DNA from: Candidatus Omnitrophota bacterium
GTDB lineage: Bacteria; Omnitrophota; Gorgyraeia; VGKH01; JBHPFN01
Direction of reading: 5' to 3'
Assembly: GCA_042571725.1 (NCBI GenBank)
Contig: JBHPFN010000003.1
Span: forward strand, 2,245 to 66,244
DNA: 64,000 nucleotides
Part shown: positions 1 to 8,141 of the stretch, piece by piece
Layout: each line of letters starts with the position of its first letter
How positions within the stretch are numbered: position 1 is the stretch's first letter
Position numbers and translations under genes: made by a program
The notes under the pieces: model-generated
Databases searched by the model: none
Seen by the model: the letters and a program-made list of their open reading frames with translations, nothing else
What the model was told of the DNA's origin: nothing

Positions 1-2400
1 ACTATAGGCATATGCTCTTCTAATCCCATCATCTAATTTTTCAATCACTTTATTCAAGAAAAGCTTAATTTGCTGTATGGGTATTGGTTTTTCTTTACCG
101 CTGACGCCGAGCTCGATCTTCTTTCGATACGCCTCTTTTGAGGTGTTGCTTGTATCCCAATATTGTCTATTCCGTTCTTTTTTATTGTTTTGTTGCCACT
201 CACCTAAAAGTAAATCAATGCGCTTAAAGAAATTAAATAACTCTTCGAACACAGCGATCTCATAAGCATCGGAAAGATCTAGAGTAGCGATATAGCGATG
301 CAGGAGTACGGCCAGTCTTTTAAGTTCGAATGCTTCATTAAGCGACGAACCAAACAGCGCCGGAAGACCATTAAGCGCATCGTACCAGTTAGGCCTATCT
401 GCTTCCATTTCAATGCCTATGCCAAAAGGATCGAGCGCAGTAATTTTATTGCATACGAGGCACAGCATTTTAGCTAATAGATTCGTTTTATACACCTTTC
501 CAATTCCAAAGTTGTCTCTCATCCAATGTATCTTTTTGGTTCTGGCCTCAAGCATCTTTTTCTTCTTAAGGCTTAAGCCAATTGCGGGAAATTGTCTTAC
601 CCAGTTATCCTTTATCACATATTTCTCATCTCGGGGAAGCACCACTATAGGATTATCATAAAAGGCGAAAGCTTTCTTATTCAATAGAATCTCTCGCAAT
701 TTTTCAGGATAAAGCGATAAATAACGCTCTAAAGCATCAGTATTATAAGTCCAGTGATCTGTCCAGTAGCCATCTGCCGTTATCGCGTCTTCATTGTGGG
801 CAGCTTTGATTACTACCTCGCACATTGAGATTATTCGTGAAATAAAATCATTGTTAGAAACCTTGAGCTTAAGATTGTTGTCAGCAATATGTTCAAAAAG
901 CTCTCCCGGTACAAAAGGCTTTGTAAGCATGGAAAGCACTTTATCGACGTTTCTACCCGAGACAGTTCTTTTGAAAAGCCTCTTTGCTTTCTTGCGGTCT
1001 TTGAGCACAAAGCGGATACCGCGAAAGGTTAACGGATTGAATCCATCAGCTTGAATGAGATTAAAAAACAATAAGATGTTGGTATCTTTCACCAGCGGAT
1101 TGAACCACACATCGTTTCTTCTGTTTTGATTTATATCGCGGTAATTCCCATTACCTTCGGAAAAATAGGTAGGGTTAACCAGAAAATTATTATAATCGCG
1201 CTCCAAATCGCCGTGCTTGCGCCAATACACATGAAAGGCATGAGAGCTTTCATGATTAAGCACAATAGGTAACCCACCGCGTAACGTATTATCCAAAAAT
1301 GTCTGACGGCAATAAAGATTAAACCGATTGTCTTTACTTACCGTAAACATTTTATCGGCAATTGAATCAATAAGATTTGCATTCTCTTCTTGCTTGTCTT
1401 GAAAATAGTTGCTTTTGGAAATCGATTTTATCGATTGATCCAAGTGTTGTACGTGATGCGCATGGCCAAAGACAGAATAAATCTGTTTTTCTTGCTTGTC
1501 TTTCAAATGAAATTTGAGATAGCTAAACGCCGCGGGTGTTTTATTGTCAGTTATCTGCCGTTTTGGAAGTGTGAACTGAGCGTTTTTAAAAAATTCAAAC
1601 GGATACGTAAAATCAGTAATTGGCCCAAATACATATTCGGGTTCGACGATTGGTTTAATTAAAACATTTCTTTTTGCATTCTTATGAAAACAGATATAAA
1701 AATTTCCTTTGTCAACATTGATAACCTCCGGCTTGTCAGAAACATAAACCTTTAGTTTGTACACCGCGACATTCTTTTTGTCCAGGTGTTCTACGTTCAT
1801 CCAAGCTTCTAGCGTACGGCTCATTTCTTTAAGCAGTCTGTCGTTTACGCCGTAAGGAATGATAATAGGGAGCCCATCAATAAGTTCAATGGGAAGTGGC
1901 CTTTTTGAGACATTCTTAATTGATACTACTCGCGCAAGCCCACCAAAAGGTTCGCAGGGAATAGAGAAATACGTAACCGTGACCGCAATACCTAACGAGT
2001 GGTTTACTTCTTCTAAGCGCAGCTCAGAGTTGGCGATGATCATCTTCCGTTGTACAGTATAACGCGTATTAAAAAAGTTATTTTGAAATGGCTCGTAGAA
2101 ATGTACGGTGTTTCTCTTTTTTGCTTTAATAAATGTCCGGAAGCCATGAAGGGAGGTGTTCTGATACGCCTTGTTGGCAGGAAAGAATTCCATGATTGCG
2201 CCATCTTTATTTTTTGAACCAAAGCTGGCAATGCATTGACCCCGATTCACATAAAAAACCCACAAAGGAATTCCGTATACCCCTGCAACCCCAGGAAAAA
2301 AACTCGAGAAAGGTTTTGCTAAATCATAATTTTCAATGATAAAATCGCCATTATCCTGAAGCTCATACCGTACTTTTTTTGAGGTAAGTTTCTTATCCAT
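1..2400 (-). CDS. Large conserved hypothetical protein (at least 800 aa, C-terminus beyond window edge); tentatively (alpha/alpha)6 glycoside phosphorylase/hydrolase-like
   Basis: Hand translation of the minus strand: ATG at 2400-2398 (MDKKLTSKKVRYELQDNGDF...) stays open to position 1. It is absent from the ORF track only because no stop lies in the window; the short ORFs listed on both strands at 77-2231 are its out-of-frame or antisense shadows. Motifs seen: GNGNYRDINQNRRND, DGYWTDHWTYNTD, RPNWYDALNGLP. The family guess is weak. Confidence 0.85.
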   Translation of the reverse strand, partial: MDKKLTSKKVRYELQDNGDFIIENYDLAKPFSSFFPGVAGVYGIPLWVFYVNRGQCIASFGSKNKDGAIMEFFPANKAYQNTSLHGFRTFIKAKKRNTVHFYEPFQNNFFNTRYTVQRKMIIANSELRLEEVNHSLGIAVTVTYFSIPCEPFGGLARVVSIKNVSKRPLPIELIDGLPIIIPYGVNDRLLKEMSRTLEAWMNVEHLDKKNVAVYKLKVYVSDKPEVINVDKGNFYICFHKNAKRNVLIKPIVEPEYVFGPITDFTYPFEFFKNAQFTLPKRQITDNKTPAAFSYLKFHLKDKQEKQIYSVFGHAHHVQHLDQSIKSISKSNYFQDKQEENANLIDSIADKMFTVSKDNRFNLYCRQTFLDNTLRGGLPIVLNHESSHAFHVYWRKHGDLERDYNNFLVNPTYFSEGNGNYRDINQNRRNDVWFNPLVKDTNILLFFNLIQADGFNPLTFRGIRFVLKDRKKAKRLFKRTVSGRNVDKVLSMLTKPFVPGELFEHIADNNLKLKVSNNDFISRIISMCEVVIKAAHNEDAITADGYWTDHWTYNTDALERYLSLYPEKLREILLNKKAFAFYDNPIVVLPRDEKYVIKDNWVRQFPAIGLSLKKKKMLEARTKKIHWMRDNFGIGKVYKTNLLAKMLCLVCNKITALDPFGIGIEMEADRPNWYDALNGLPALFGSSLNEAFELKRLAVLLHRYIATLDLSDAYEIAVFEELFNFFKRIDLLLGEWQQNNKKERNRQYWDTSNTSKEAYRKKIELGVSGKEKPIPIQQIKLFLNKVIEKLDDGIRRAYAYS

Positions 2401-2402
2401 GA

Positions 2403-2561
2403 TTACAGCTCTGATTTAGCTTTTACTGCATCAGCAATTTCGTTGAGTTTTCTAATAATGAGCACTGGAAAAATAAATAGCCATACAAAGAGTGCAAATT
2501 GAATCAATCCGGCAATAATAATGAATGATGGCGGTAATGTTGATGGCATGCTTGGATCCAT
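2403..2561 (-). CDS. 52-aa single-pass membrane micro-protein
   Basis: Below the ORF-track size cut-off. ATG at 2561 sits 5 nt after AGGAGG (2567-2572). Product is MDPSMPSTLPPSFIIIAGLIQFALFVWLFIFPVLIIRKLNEIADAVKAKSEL, with a hydrophobic core. Its TAA stop lies in TAATCATG next to the start of the downstream large ORF. Confidence 0.6.
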   Translation of the reverse strand: MDPSMPSTLPPSFIIIAGLIQFALFVWLFIFPVLIIRKLNEIADAVKAKSEL

Positions 2562-2582
2562 TCTTTCCTCCTTAGCGTAATG

Positions 2583-3125
2583 TTAGATCTCTGTCATCTT
2601 TTCAGGTGAGGCAAAAAACTTTCCTCCTAAATGATAGATCAGCTTTGCTTTAGTGATATCCCAGATATCCTTAAAAAAACCTTCTTTCGCGCACGCATGC
2701 ATTACTTCAGCGATGAACAAGGTGTGGTCTCCTGTTTCATAAATATCTCTTACGCGGCACTCTAGGTGTCCGATGCACTCATTGATTAAAGGAGTTTTGT
2801 CTAAGCAATTTGCTTTTCCGGAAGAGAGTTCAGTGGCTGAAAATTTATCGACCTGGCGGCCAGAGTGAGAGCCGCAGTATACAACTTGCTCTAATAAGTC
2901 GAACGAAGGTATGTTAATGATGAATTCTTTTGATTTCTTGATTAATTCGTTAGAAAGGTGCTTGCCTGCTACGCTAATCCCTGCGAGCGCAGGAGTCCGG
3001 CTAACCGGCGTACTCCAGGCTAGGGTTACAATATTTGCTTTATCCTCATGACTCGATGTGACGAGAATGACATTACCACTATTGATGAGCCTGAGCGATT
3101 GACTTAACGGAACCTCTTTTTTCAT
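2583..3125 (-). CDS. Flavin reductase-like FMN-binding domain protein
   Basis: 180 aa. The pattern NIVTLAWSTPVSRTPALAGISV and overall size are typical of the flavin reductase split-barrel family. Confidence 0.8.
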   Translation of the reverse strand: MKKEVPLSQSLRLINSGNVILVTSSHEDKANIVTLAWSTPVSRTPALAGISVAGKHLSNELIKKSKEFIINIPSFDLLEQVVYCGSHSGRQVDKFSATELSSGKANCLDKTPLINECIGHLECRVRDIYETGDHTLFIAEVMHACAKEGFFKDIWDITKAKLIYHLGGKFFASPEKMTEI

Positions 3126-3141
3126 TTATGCGGTCAGCTTT

Positions 3142-3369
3142 TTATTTATCTAAGATGTTCATTGATACTTTTCTTGATTTTAAATAATCAATGGCCTTTT
3201 TTAGTTCTTGCTCTTCTCCCTCTAGGGTTAACACTGCCCATCCTGTATCAGTTGAAAACGACGCCTCGATTATATTGGGAATGATATCGAAGTTTTTAAC
3301 AAGGAGATAAAATATGGGTTCATTCTTTAATTCTTCAGGAAAGGTGAATTCAAATTTAATTTTTTCCAT
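3142..3369 (-). CDS. Stand-alone NIL-domain protein
   Basis: 75 aa. EPIFYLLVKNFDIIPNIIEASF...GWAVLTLEG resembles the NIL domain (MetN C-terminal type), recognised from memory. Confidence 0.55.
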   Translation of the reverse strand: MEKIKFEFTFPEELKNEPIFYLLVKNFDIIPNIIEASFSTDTGWAVLTLEGEEQELKKAIDYLKSRKVSMNILDK

Positions 3370-3457
3370 AGTTTTCTCCTTTTTAGCTTTTTACATACAA
3401 GTGAATGAGTTTCCTGCTTTATTTTTCAGTAGCTATTATACCATTTTTTTGCTTTGT

Positions 3458-4015
3458 TCATAGTATATTAATTTTCTGTGATTGTTCGTGTAGATGCTTT
3501 AGTTGGCCTAAGTATATTGTGCGCACGTGGGTAAAAAACTCAATATATTTCTTCGTTTTATAATCGGGATAAGTCCAGGGTAGATATTGGAATATTGTAT
3601 TATGATAATAAAGCGTGACTTCTGCAAATACCTCTTTTCCCAAGTAAATTCTATGTGAGTAATTTTTGCTACTAGCAAGCACCACCTTTGCCGCGGTTAA
3701 ATACCCTGGATCAATATTGACACTGCGATTATTGTTTTTACTCATTTTCTTCTCAAGTTTCATGGTGTGCTGCTTGATAGTAACAAGAGCCTCTGCTTTA
3801 ATTAGTCCTTCAAAGCTAATAAATTTTCTTGATAGAGGCGAGCCTAATTCTTGGTTATAGTAGTCGGTGTAGTCAAAGGGGAGTACTTCAGTTTCTATGC
3901 TAAGTGCACCAAATCGTTTCCTGACTTGGTGTTCCACCTTAAGAAAAAAGTCTGGATCTTGAGAAATCATCCCGATGAAAAGTTTTACCGGATAAATATT
4001 TTGATCCTTTTTCAT
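3458..4015 (-). CDS. DUF4416 family protein
   Basis: 185 aa. PVKLFIG..., LPFDYTDYYNQELG, VNIDPGYL, SKNYSHRIYLG and WTYPDY match my recollection of the DUF4416 consensus. Confidence 0.6.
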   Translation of the reverse strand: MKKDQNIYPVKLFIGMISQDPDFFLKVEHQVRKRFGALSIETEVLPFDYTDYYNQELGSPLSRKFISFEGLIKAEALVTIKQHTMKLEKKMSKNNNRSVNIDPGYLTAAKVVLASSKNYSHRIYLGKEVFAEVTLYYHNTIFQYLPWTYPDYKTKKYIEFFTHVRTIYLGQLKHLHEQSQKINIL

Positions 4016-4074
4016 AACTATTGGTTACGATTGGTAGATACCGCTATGTATCGAAGGCAGTCTAGCTCTGCGTT

Positions 4075-4452
4075 TTACCTTGCACCACAATTAACAAAAT
4101 CTGCAATTTTCTTCGATTCCTTCTTCTCAATATCATTAAAGAAGATAGCGATATCATAATGATGTGGGTTGGGAAAGGGCCCTTCTGCTCGCACTACTAC
4201 TCCATTGCATTGAACTTTTTTTGTAATGACTTTCTTTTCCTTGCTCAGTGGAAGCAGCAGTAGAATTTTTAATTTCGTCAGTGGCTCTAGATAGCGATCG
4301 ACAGAGCAGTATACCCCGGCGCAACTTATGTTTTTTGTCTTAGTGACAATATCAAATTCACCAAAACGTAATTTAAGAGGAATATCTTTTTCGAGCCGAG
4401 GATGACTTCTTCTTTCTTGTTGACTGCGTAGATCATTCACTGGATTTTTCAC
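4075..4452 (-). CDS. PilZ domain protein (putative c-di-GMP receptor)
   Basis: 125 aa. RSHPR (RxxxR) is followed by NISCAG (N/DxSxxG), the two halves of the PilZ c-di-GMP binding signature. Confidence 0.75.
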   Translation of the reverse strand: MKNPVNDLRSQQERRSHPRLEKDIPLKLRFGEFDIVTKTKNISCAGVYCSVDRYLEPLTKLKILLLLPLSKEKKVITKKVQCNGVVVRAEGPFPNPHHYDIAIFFNDIEKKESKKIADFVNCGAR

Positions 4453-4621
4453 CTTCTTTACTCTTCGTCTTCCAGCATCGTTTGTTGCAAAAGTATTTTC
4501 CGTCTCGGTAGTATCGCTTAACTCTTTTTATTGATTTCTTGCACGCTGCGCAGTTTGCTGCCTGCTCTTTTTTTGCTTTTTTTGCTTCTTTTCTTGCTTT
4601 TTTTGCTTCACTGAGTGCCAT
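4433..4621 (-). CDS. Highly basic Cys4 mini-protein (TRASH / zf-FCS-like CxxC-x17-CxxxC)
   Basis: 62 aa. Lys-rich N- and C-termini flank CAACKKSIKRVKRYYRDGKYFCNKRC. GAAAGG lies upstream of the ATG. Its 3' end overlaps the downstream PilZ gene by 20 nt. Confidence 0.5.
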   Translation of the reverse strand: MALSEAKKARKEAKKAKKEQAANCAACKKSIKRVKRYYRDGKYFCNKRCWKTKSKEGEKSSE

Positions 4622-4654
4622 ATTTAACCTTTCTCATGCTTTGTATGGTAATAG

Positions 4655-5098
4655 TTAGAGACTAAACGCTGCTTTTAGGCGTCTTCGCCGTAGGTATTCT
4701 CGCAGACTCTTTTTATAGTTCTCATCCATTTCCAGAAATTTGATACCTAATTGGTATCGATCAGAATAAGGGATTTGCCTTAGCCACGCAATCGAACCGA
4801 GTGCATGCACTAATGTTGCGATTTCCTCAAGATTGATATTGAGCTTAACTTCTGTGTGCAAAGGAAGAAAGCGCTCAAGGGTCATTTTGATTCCACCTTC
4901 GCTTATGTCTTTGGTAAGCGTTGCCCCGAACTGCTTAGAAGCTTTAATTTCGTAGCGTACCGGAACATGCACATCTTCTCTCGCAAACCTTCGTCTGTCA
5001 CTGCATGGTTCTTGTATATTCATCTGCCACAATTCCTTATCTCGAGCATTGCTTCTTGTGATCAGCGTTACTATAGCACAAAAAAATTGAATTTTCAA
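4655..5098 (-). CDS. PilZ domain protein (putative c-di-GMP receptor)
   Basis: RRFAR (RxxxR) and DISEGG (DxSxxG) are present. The true start may be the ATG at 5023 (MNIQEP..., AAGGAA upstream) rather than 5098. Confidence 0.7.
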   Translation of the reverse strand: MKIQFFCAIVTLITRSNARDKELWQMNIQEPCSDRRRFAREDVHVPVRYEIKASKQFGATLTKDISEGGIKMTLERFLPLHTEVKLNINLEEIATLVHALGSIAWLRQIPYSDRYQLGIKFLEMDENYKKSLREYLRRRRLKAAFSL

Positions 5099-5134
5099 TC
5101 ATTTTTACCGACGCTTTTGTAAGATAAGTCGGTG

Positions 5135-5162
5135 TTTACAAACCACTAAAGTATGGTATAAT
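5135..5162 (+). promoter_or_regulatory. Putative sigma70-type promoter of the exeA-like operon
   Basis: TTTACA (5135-5140), a 16-nt spacer, then extended -10 TGgTATAAT (TATAAT at 5157-5162). AGGAG lies at 5197-5201, 9 nt before the ATG at 5211. Confidence 0.4.
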
Positions 5163-5210
5163 TGAAGAAGCTCAATATCTTGACTGAAAGTGAAATAGGA
5201 GCATAAAAGG

Positions 5211-6023
5211 ATGTACGAAAAATTTTTTGGCCTACGAGAGAAACCTTTTAACGTAACCGCTGACCCCTCTTTCTTTTTCTTAAGCAGGAAACACAAAGAG
5301 GCGTTTTCTCATTTAGTATTCGGCATTGATCAGAGAAAAGGTATCATGGTCATTACCGGAGAAATCGGCACAGGTAAAACAACGCTCTGCAGGACACTCT
5401 TGAGCAGTTTGGATAAGAAAACAAAGACCGCGTTTATCCTTAATCCAAATTTTTCTTCGCTTCAATTATTGCAAATCATCGTAGAAGATTTTGGCCTTGT
5501 TCCTATCAAGAAATCGAGGATCTTTCTTATTTCAGAGCTCAATAAATTTTTGCTTCGAGAGTCAAATGCTGGAAATAACGTTGCTTTGATTATTGACGAA
5601 TCACAAAATTTAAACCCGCGGCAACTCGAGCAAATACGGCTTCTTTCGAACCTAGAAACAGAAAAAGAAAAACTTCTTCAAATTGTCCTTGTGGGACAAC
5701 CGGAATTACAGCAGAACCTTGCCCTTCCGCAGCTTCGTCAGCTCACCCAAAGAGTTACTGTTCGGTATCATATTCATCCGTTAGATAAAGGTGAAGTAGC
5801 TCAATATATCGATCATCGACTAAAAGTTGCCGGCGCTAACGGGAACGCGCTATTTACCGAAGAAGCCGTAGATCAGATTGCTTCTTTTTCATCGGGCACT
5901 CCTCGGTTAATCAACATACTCTGTGATCGAGCGCTCTTAGCAGGATTTGTAAAAGAAAAAAAGAGTCTCGGCGCGGAGATGATACAACAGTGTATTAGTG
6001 AGATAAATGAGCATTATTTATGA
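5211..6023 (+). CDS. ExeA/GspA/MshM-like AAA ATPase (type II secretion / pilus-associated)
   Basis: 270 aa. N-terminus MYEKFFGLREKPFNVTADPSFFF and Walker A GEIGTGKTT are typical of the ExeA family. There is no C-terminal peptidoglycan-binding domain. Confidence 0.8.
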   Translation: MYEKFFGLREKPFNVTADPSFFFLSRKHKEAFSHLVFGIDQRKGIMVITGEIGTGKTTLCRTLLSSLDKKTKTAFILNPNFSSLQLLQIIVEDFGLVPIKKSRIFLISELNKFLLRESNAGNNVALIIDESQNLNPRQLEQIRLLSNLETEKEKLLQIVLVGQPELQQNLALPQLRQLTQRVTVRYHIHPLDKGEVAQYIDHRLKVAGANGNALFTEEAVDQIASFSSGTPRLINILCDRALLAGFVKEKKSLGAEMIQQCISEINEHYL

Positions 6024-6420
6024 TGCCTTAAAAAAAACGCAGGGGAAATTCACCTTGCCTAAGGATCAGCCGGCCTCGCAGAAGAAAACTAAGAGCAGGC
6101 TTTGGTTTTTTATAGGTTTTCTTGGCTTAGGGTTTATTGGCTGCGGCATCGTGGTCATACTTTTACTGCGTAATCCCGTCGATATTTCTCAATCTACGAC
6201 AAAGCCTAAAGATTTTTCTGGTCGCATCTCCCGAGCAATTAAATTCAATCGGCCTCAGCTAAAAGGTATTTTTCTTATGGATGGCGAGTATTCTGCTTTA
6301 ATTAACGATCAGATTGTTAAGGCTGGAAACTATTTCGATGGGATTCAAGTGGTAAGTGTTTCAGCAAACGAAGTCATTCTCAATGTTAAAGGAGAAGTCC
6401 TTAGTTTAAGGCTCAGATAA
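6007..6420 (+). CDS. GspB/ExeB-like membrane protein
   Basis: 137 aa. It has the MSIIYDALKK N-terminus typical of GspB-like proteins, one TM segment, and a C-terminal beta-rich segment. It overlaps the exeA-like gene by 17 nt. Confidence 0.55.
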   Translation: MSIIYDALKKTQGKFTLPKDQPASQKKTKSRLWFFIGFLGLGFIGCGIVVILLLRNPVDISQSTTKPKDFSGRISRAIKFNRPQLKGIFLMDGEYSALINDQIVKAGNYFDGIQVVSVSANEVILNVKGEVLSLRLR

Positions 6421-6444
6421 CCGACCCTCTTTTCTCACCAGGTT

Positions 6445-7533
6445 CTAATCTATTAAACGAATAATTGCATTTTTAACCGTTCTTGCGGGAATATCTTCGC
6501 GAACAACAACCGTTCCTATGCTGCGCGGCAAAACAAATCTGTTTGTTTTGTTGATGAATTTCTTATCGAAACTTTGTGCCTTTAAGATGTTGTTGGCGTT
6601 TAGGCCTCGAACAGTAACTGGTAAGCCAAACTTTTCGATGAGTGCCTTGATTTGCTGAAGTGAGTTGGCGCTTAACAAACCAATTTTAACAGCGATATCT
6701 GCAGCACCAACCATTCCAACTGCCACAGCTTCTCCGTGCGTATAGCGCGTATATCCGCTTGCAGCTTCGATTGCATGGCCGATAGTATGTCCGAAGTTAA
6801 GTATCGTCCGGATGCCTTTTGATTCTTTTTCGTCTTGCTCAACAATCTTTGCTTTAATAAGGCTGCAGCGATGAATTATAAATTCAAGCTTTTGTTTATC
6901 GAGGCCTAAGATGAGTTTATGGTTTTTGTCTAAATACTCGAAAAGAAACCTATCTTTTATTATTGCATATTTGATCACTTCTGCGAGGCCAGTTCTTATT
7001 TGGCGTCTACTGAGAGAAGTCAGTATGCTTGTGTCACTTATAACTATTCTTGGCTGATAGAAAGCGCCGGCTAAATTTTTCCCATTTTTAAGATCTATTG
7101 CTACTTTGCCTCCGATTGCCGAATCTACCTGGGCCAACAGCGTCGTAGGGATTTGCACGTAGTTAATGCCCCGTTTATATATCGCTGCGACAAACCCGCC
7201 CAGATCTCCGACGACTCCTCCCCCGAGGGTAATAATAAAAATCTTTTTCTTGATATCGTATTGAGAGATTTTATTTATTAATTTAAATGTTTGTGCTTGG
7301 GATTTACTTTTTTCGGAATCAGGAATGAGTTCGAACTTAGTAGAAAAGCCAGATTTTGTTAATATCTTGCTTAGCGTATTGCCCACAAGGCTTTTTATTT
7401 TATCATTGGTGATAATTACTGCATTTTCTCCAACAGTGAGCGCCTTTAGTCTTTTGCCTACATCTTTTAGAGCACCAGAACCTATTATAATTTCGTACGC
7501 TTTGTTTTTTAAATGCACTCTAACTTTTTTCAT
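6445..7533 (-). CDS. aroB: 3-dehydroquinate synthase
   Basis: 362 aa. GGGVVGDLGGFVAAIYKRGINYVQIPTTLLAQVDSAIGGK and the HGEAVA metal site are present. Confidence 0.93.
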   Translation of the reverse strand: MKKVRVHLKNKAYEIIIGSGALKDVGKRLKALTVGENAVIITNDKIKSLVGNTLSKILTKSGFSTKFELIPDSEKSKSQAQTFKLINKISQYDIKKKIFIITLGGGVVGDLGGFVAAIYKRGINYVQIPTTLLAQVDSAIGGKVAIDLKNGKNLAGAFYQPRIVISDTSILTSLSRRQIRTGLAEVIKYAIIKDRFLFEYLDKNHKLILGLDKQKLEFIIHRCSLIKAKIVEQDEKESKGIRTILNFGHTIGHAIEAASGYTRYTHGEAVAVGMVGAADIAVKIGLLSANSLQQIKALIEKFGLPVTVRGLNANNILKAQSFDKKFINKTNRFVLPRSIGTVVVREDIPARTVKNAIIRLID

Positions 7534-8141
7534 ATTCCACTTACCCCCAGCAGATTTGCGACTAAATATACCATGGGAAGCACTATATTGTCTAGCAAGC
7601 CTAGAAAGAACACCGCAAACATAATAATAGCGAACCCGTATCTTTCTATTTTAGCATATCGCATTGAATAGCGATAGGGTAAAAGTCCAAAGACAACGCG
7701 GGAGCCATCGAGCGGTGGAATCGGTATGAGATTAAAAAAAGCAAGCAGTAAATTATAAAAAATTGCCATTGTGATTACCTGATAGGCGACGAGCGGCATT
7801 GTAATTTTTAAAATGCTACTTAAAACAATTGCAACAATAATATTCGCGAGCGGTCCCGCAAGTCCTACCCAGATGATATCCTTTTTTGGATTTTTTAGAT
7901 TTGCAAAGTTGATCGGTACTGGTTTCGCATAGCCTATTACGAAAGGCGATCTCATGAGCACCAGCGACAAGGGTAAGATAATGGTTCCAAATAAATCGAT
8001 GTGAGCAAGGGGATTGAGGGTTAAGCGACCAGAGAATTTAGCAGTGGGATCTCCAAGCCTATTGGCTACCCACCCATGGGCGCATTCATGGATTGCAACG
8101 GTGATTGCAAATAGGGCTAATGAAAGAAGAATATAAATCAT
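7530..8141 (-). CDS. Site-2 protease family (peptidase M50) membrane metalloprotease
   Basis: 203 aa, multi-TM. HECAHGW (HExxH) and NLIPIPPLDGSRV motifs are present. Confidence 0.85.
   Translation of the reverse strand: MIYILLSLALFAITVAIHECAHGWVANRLGDPTAKFSGRLTLNPLAHIDLFGTIILPLSLVLMRSPFVIGYAKPVPINFANLKNPKKDIIWVGLAGPLANIIVAIVLSSILKITMPLVAYQVITMAIFYNLLLAFFNLIPIPPLDGSRVVFGLLPYRYSMRYAKIERYGFAIIMFAVFFLGLLDNIVLPMVYLVANLLGVSGI

Noticed and set aside
77-2231. Six short ORFs (60-90 aa, five on the plus strand and one on the minus strand) listed in the track across the first 2.3 kb
   Set aside because: All lie antisense to, or out of frame within, the uninterrupted minus-strand frame 1-2400. They have low-complexity, Leu/Phe/Ser-rich compositions typical of shadow ORFs.
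5107-5133. Inverted repeat ACCGAC-N15-GTCGGT abutting the -35 element in the divergent region
   Set aside because: It has only 6-bp arms with a long spacer, which is easily produced by chance. There is not enough evidence to call an operator, though it could be revisited if it is conserved in relatives.
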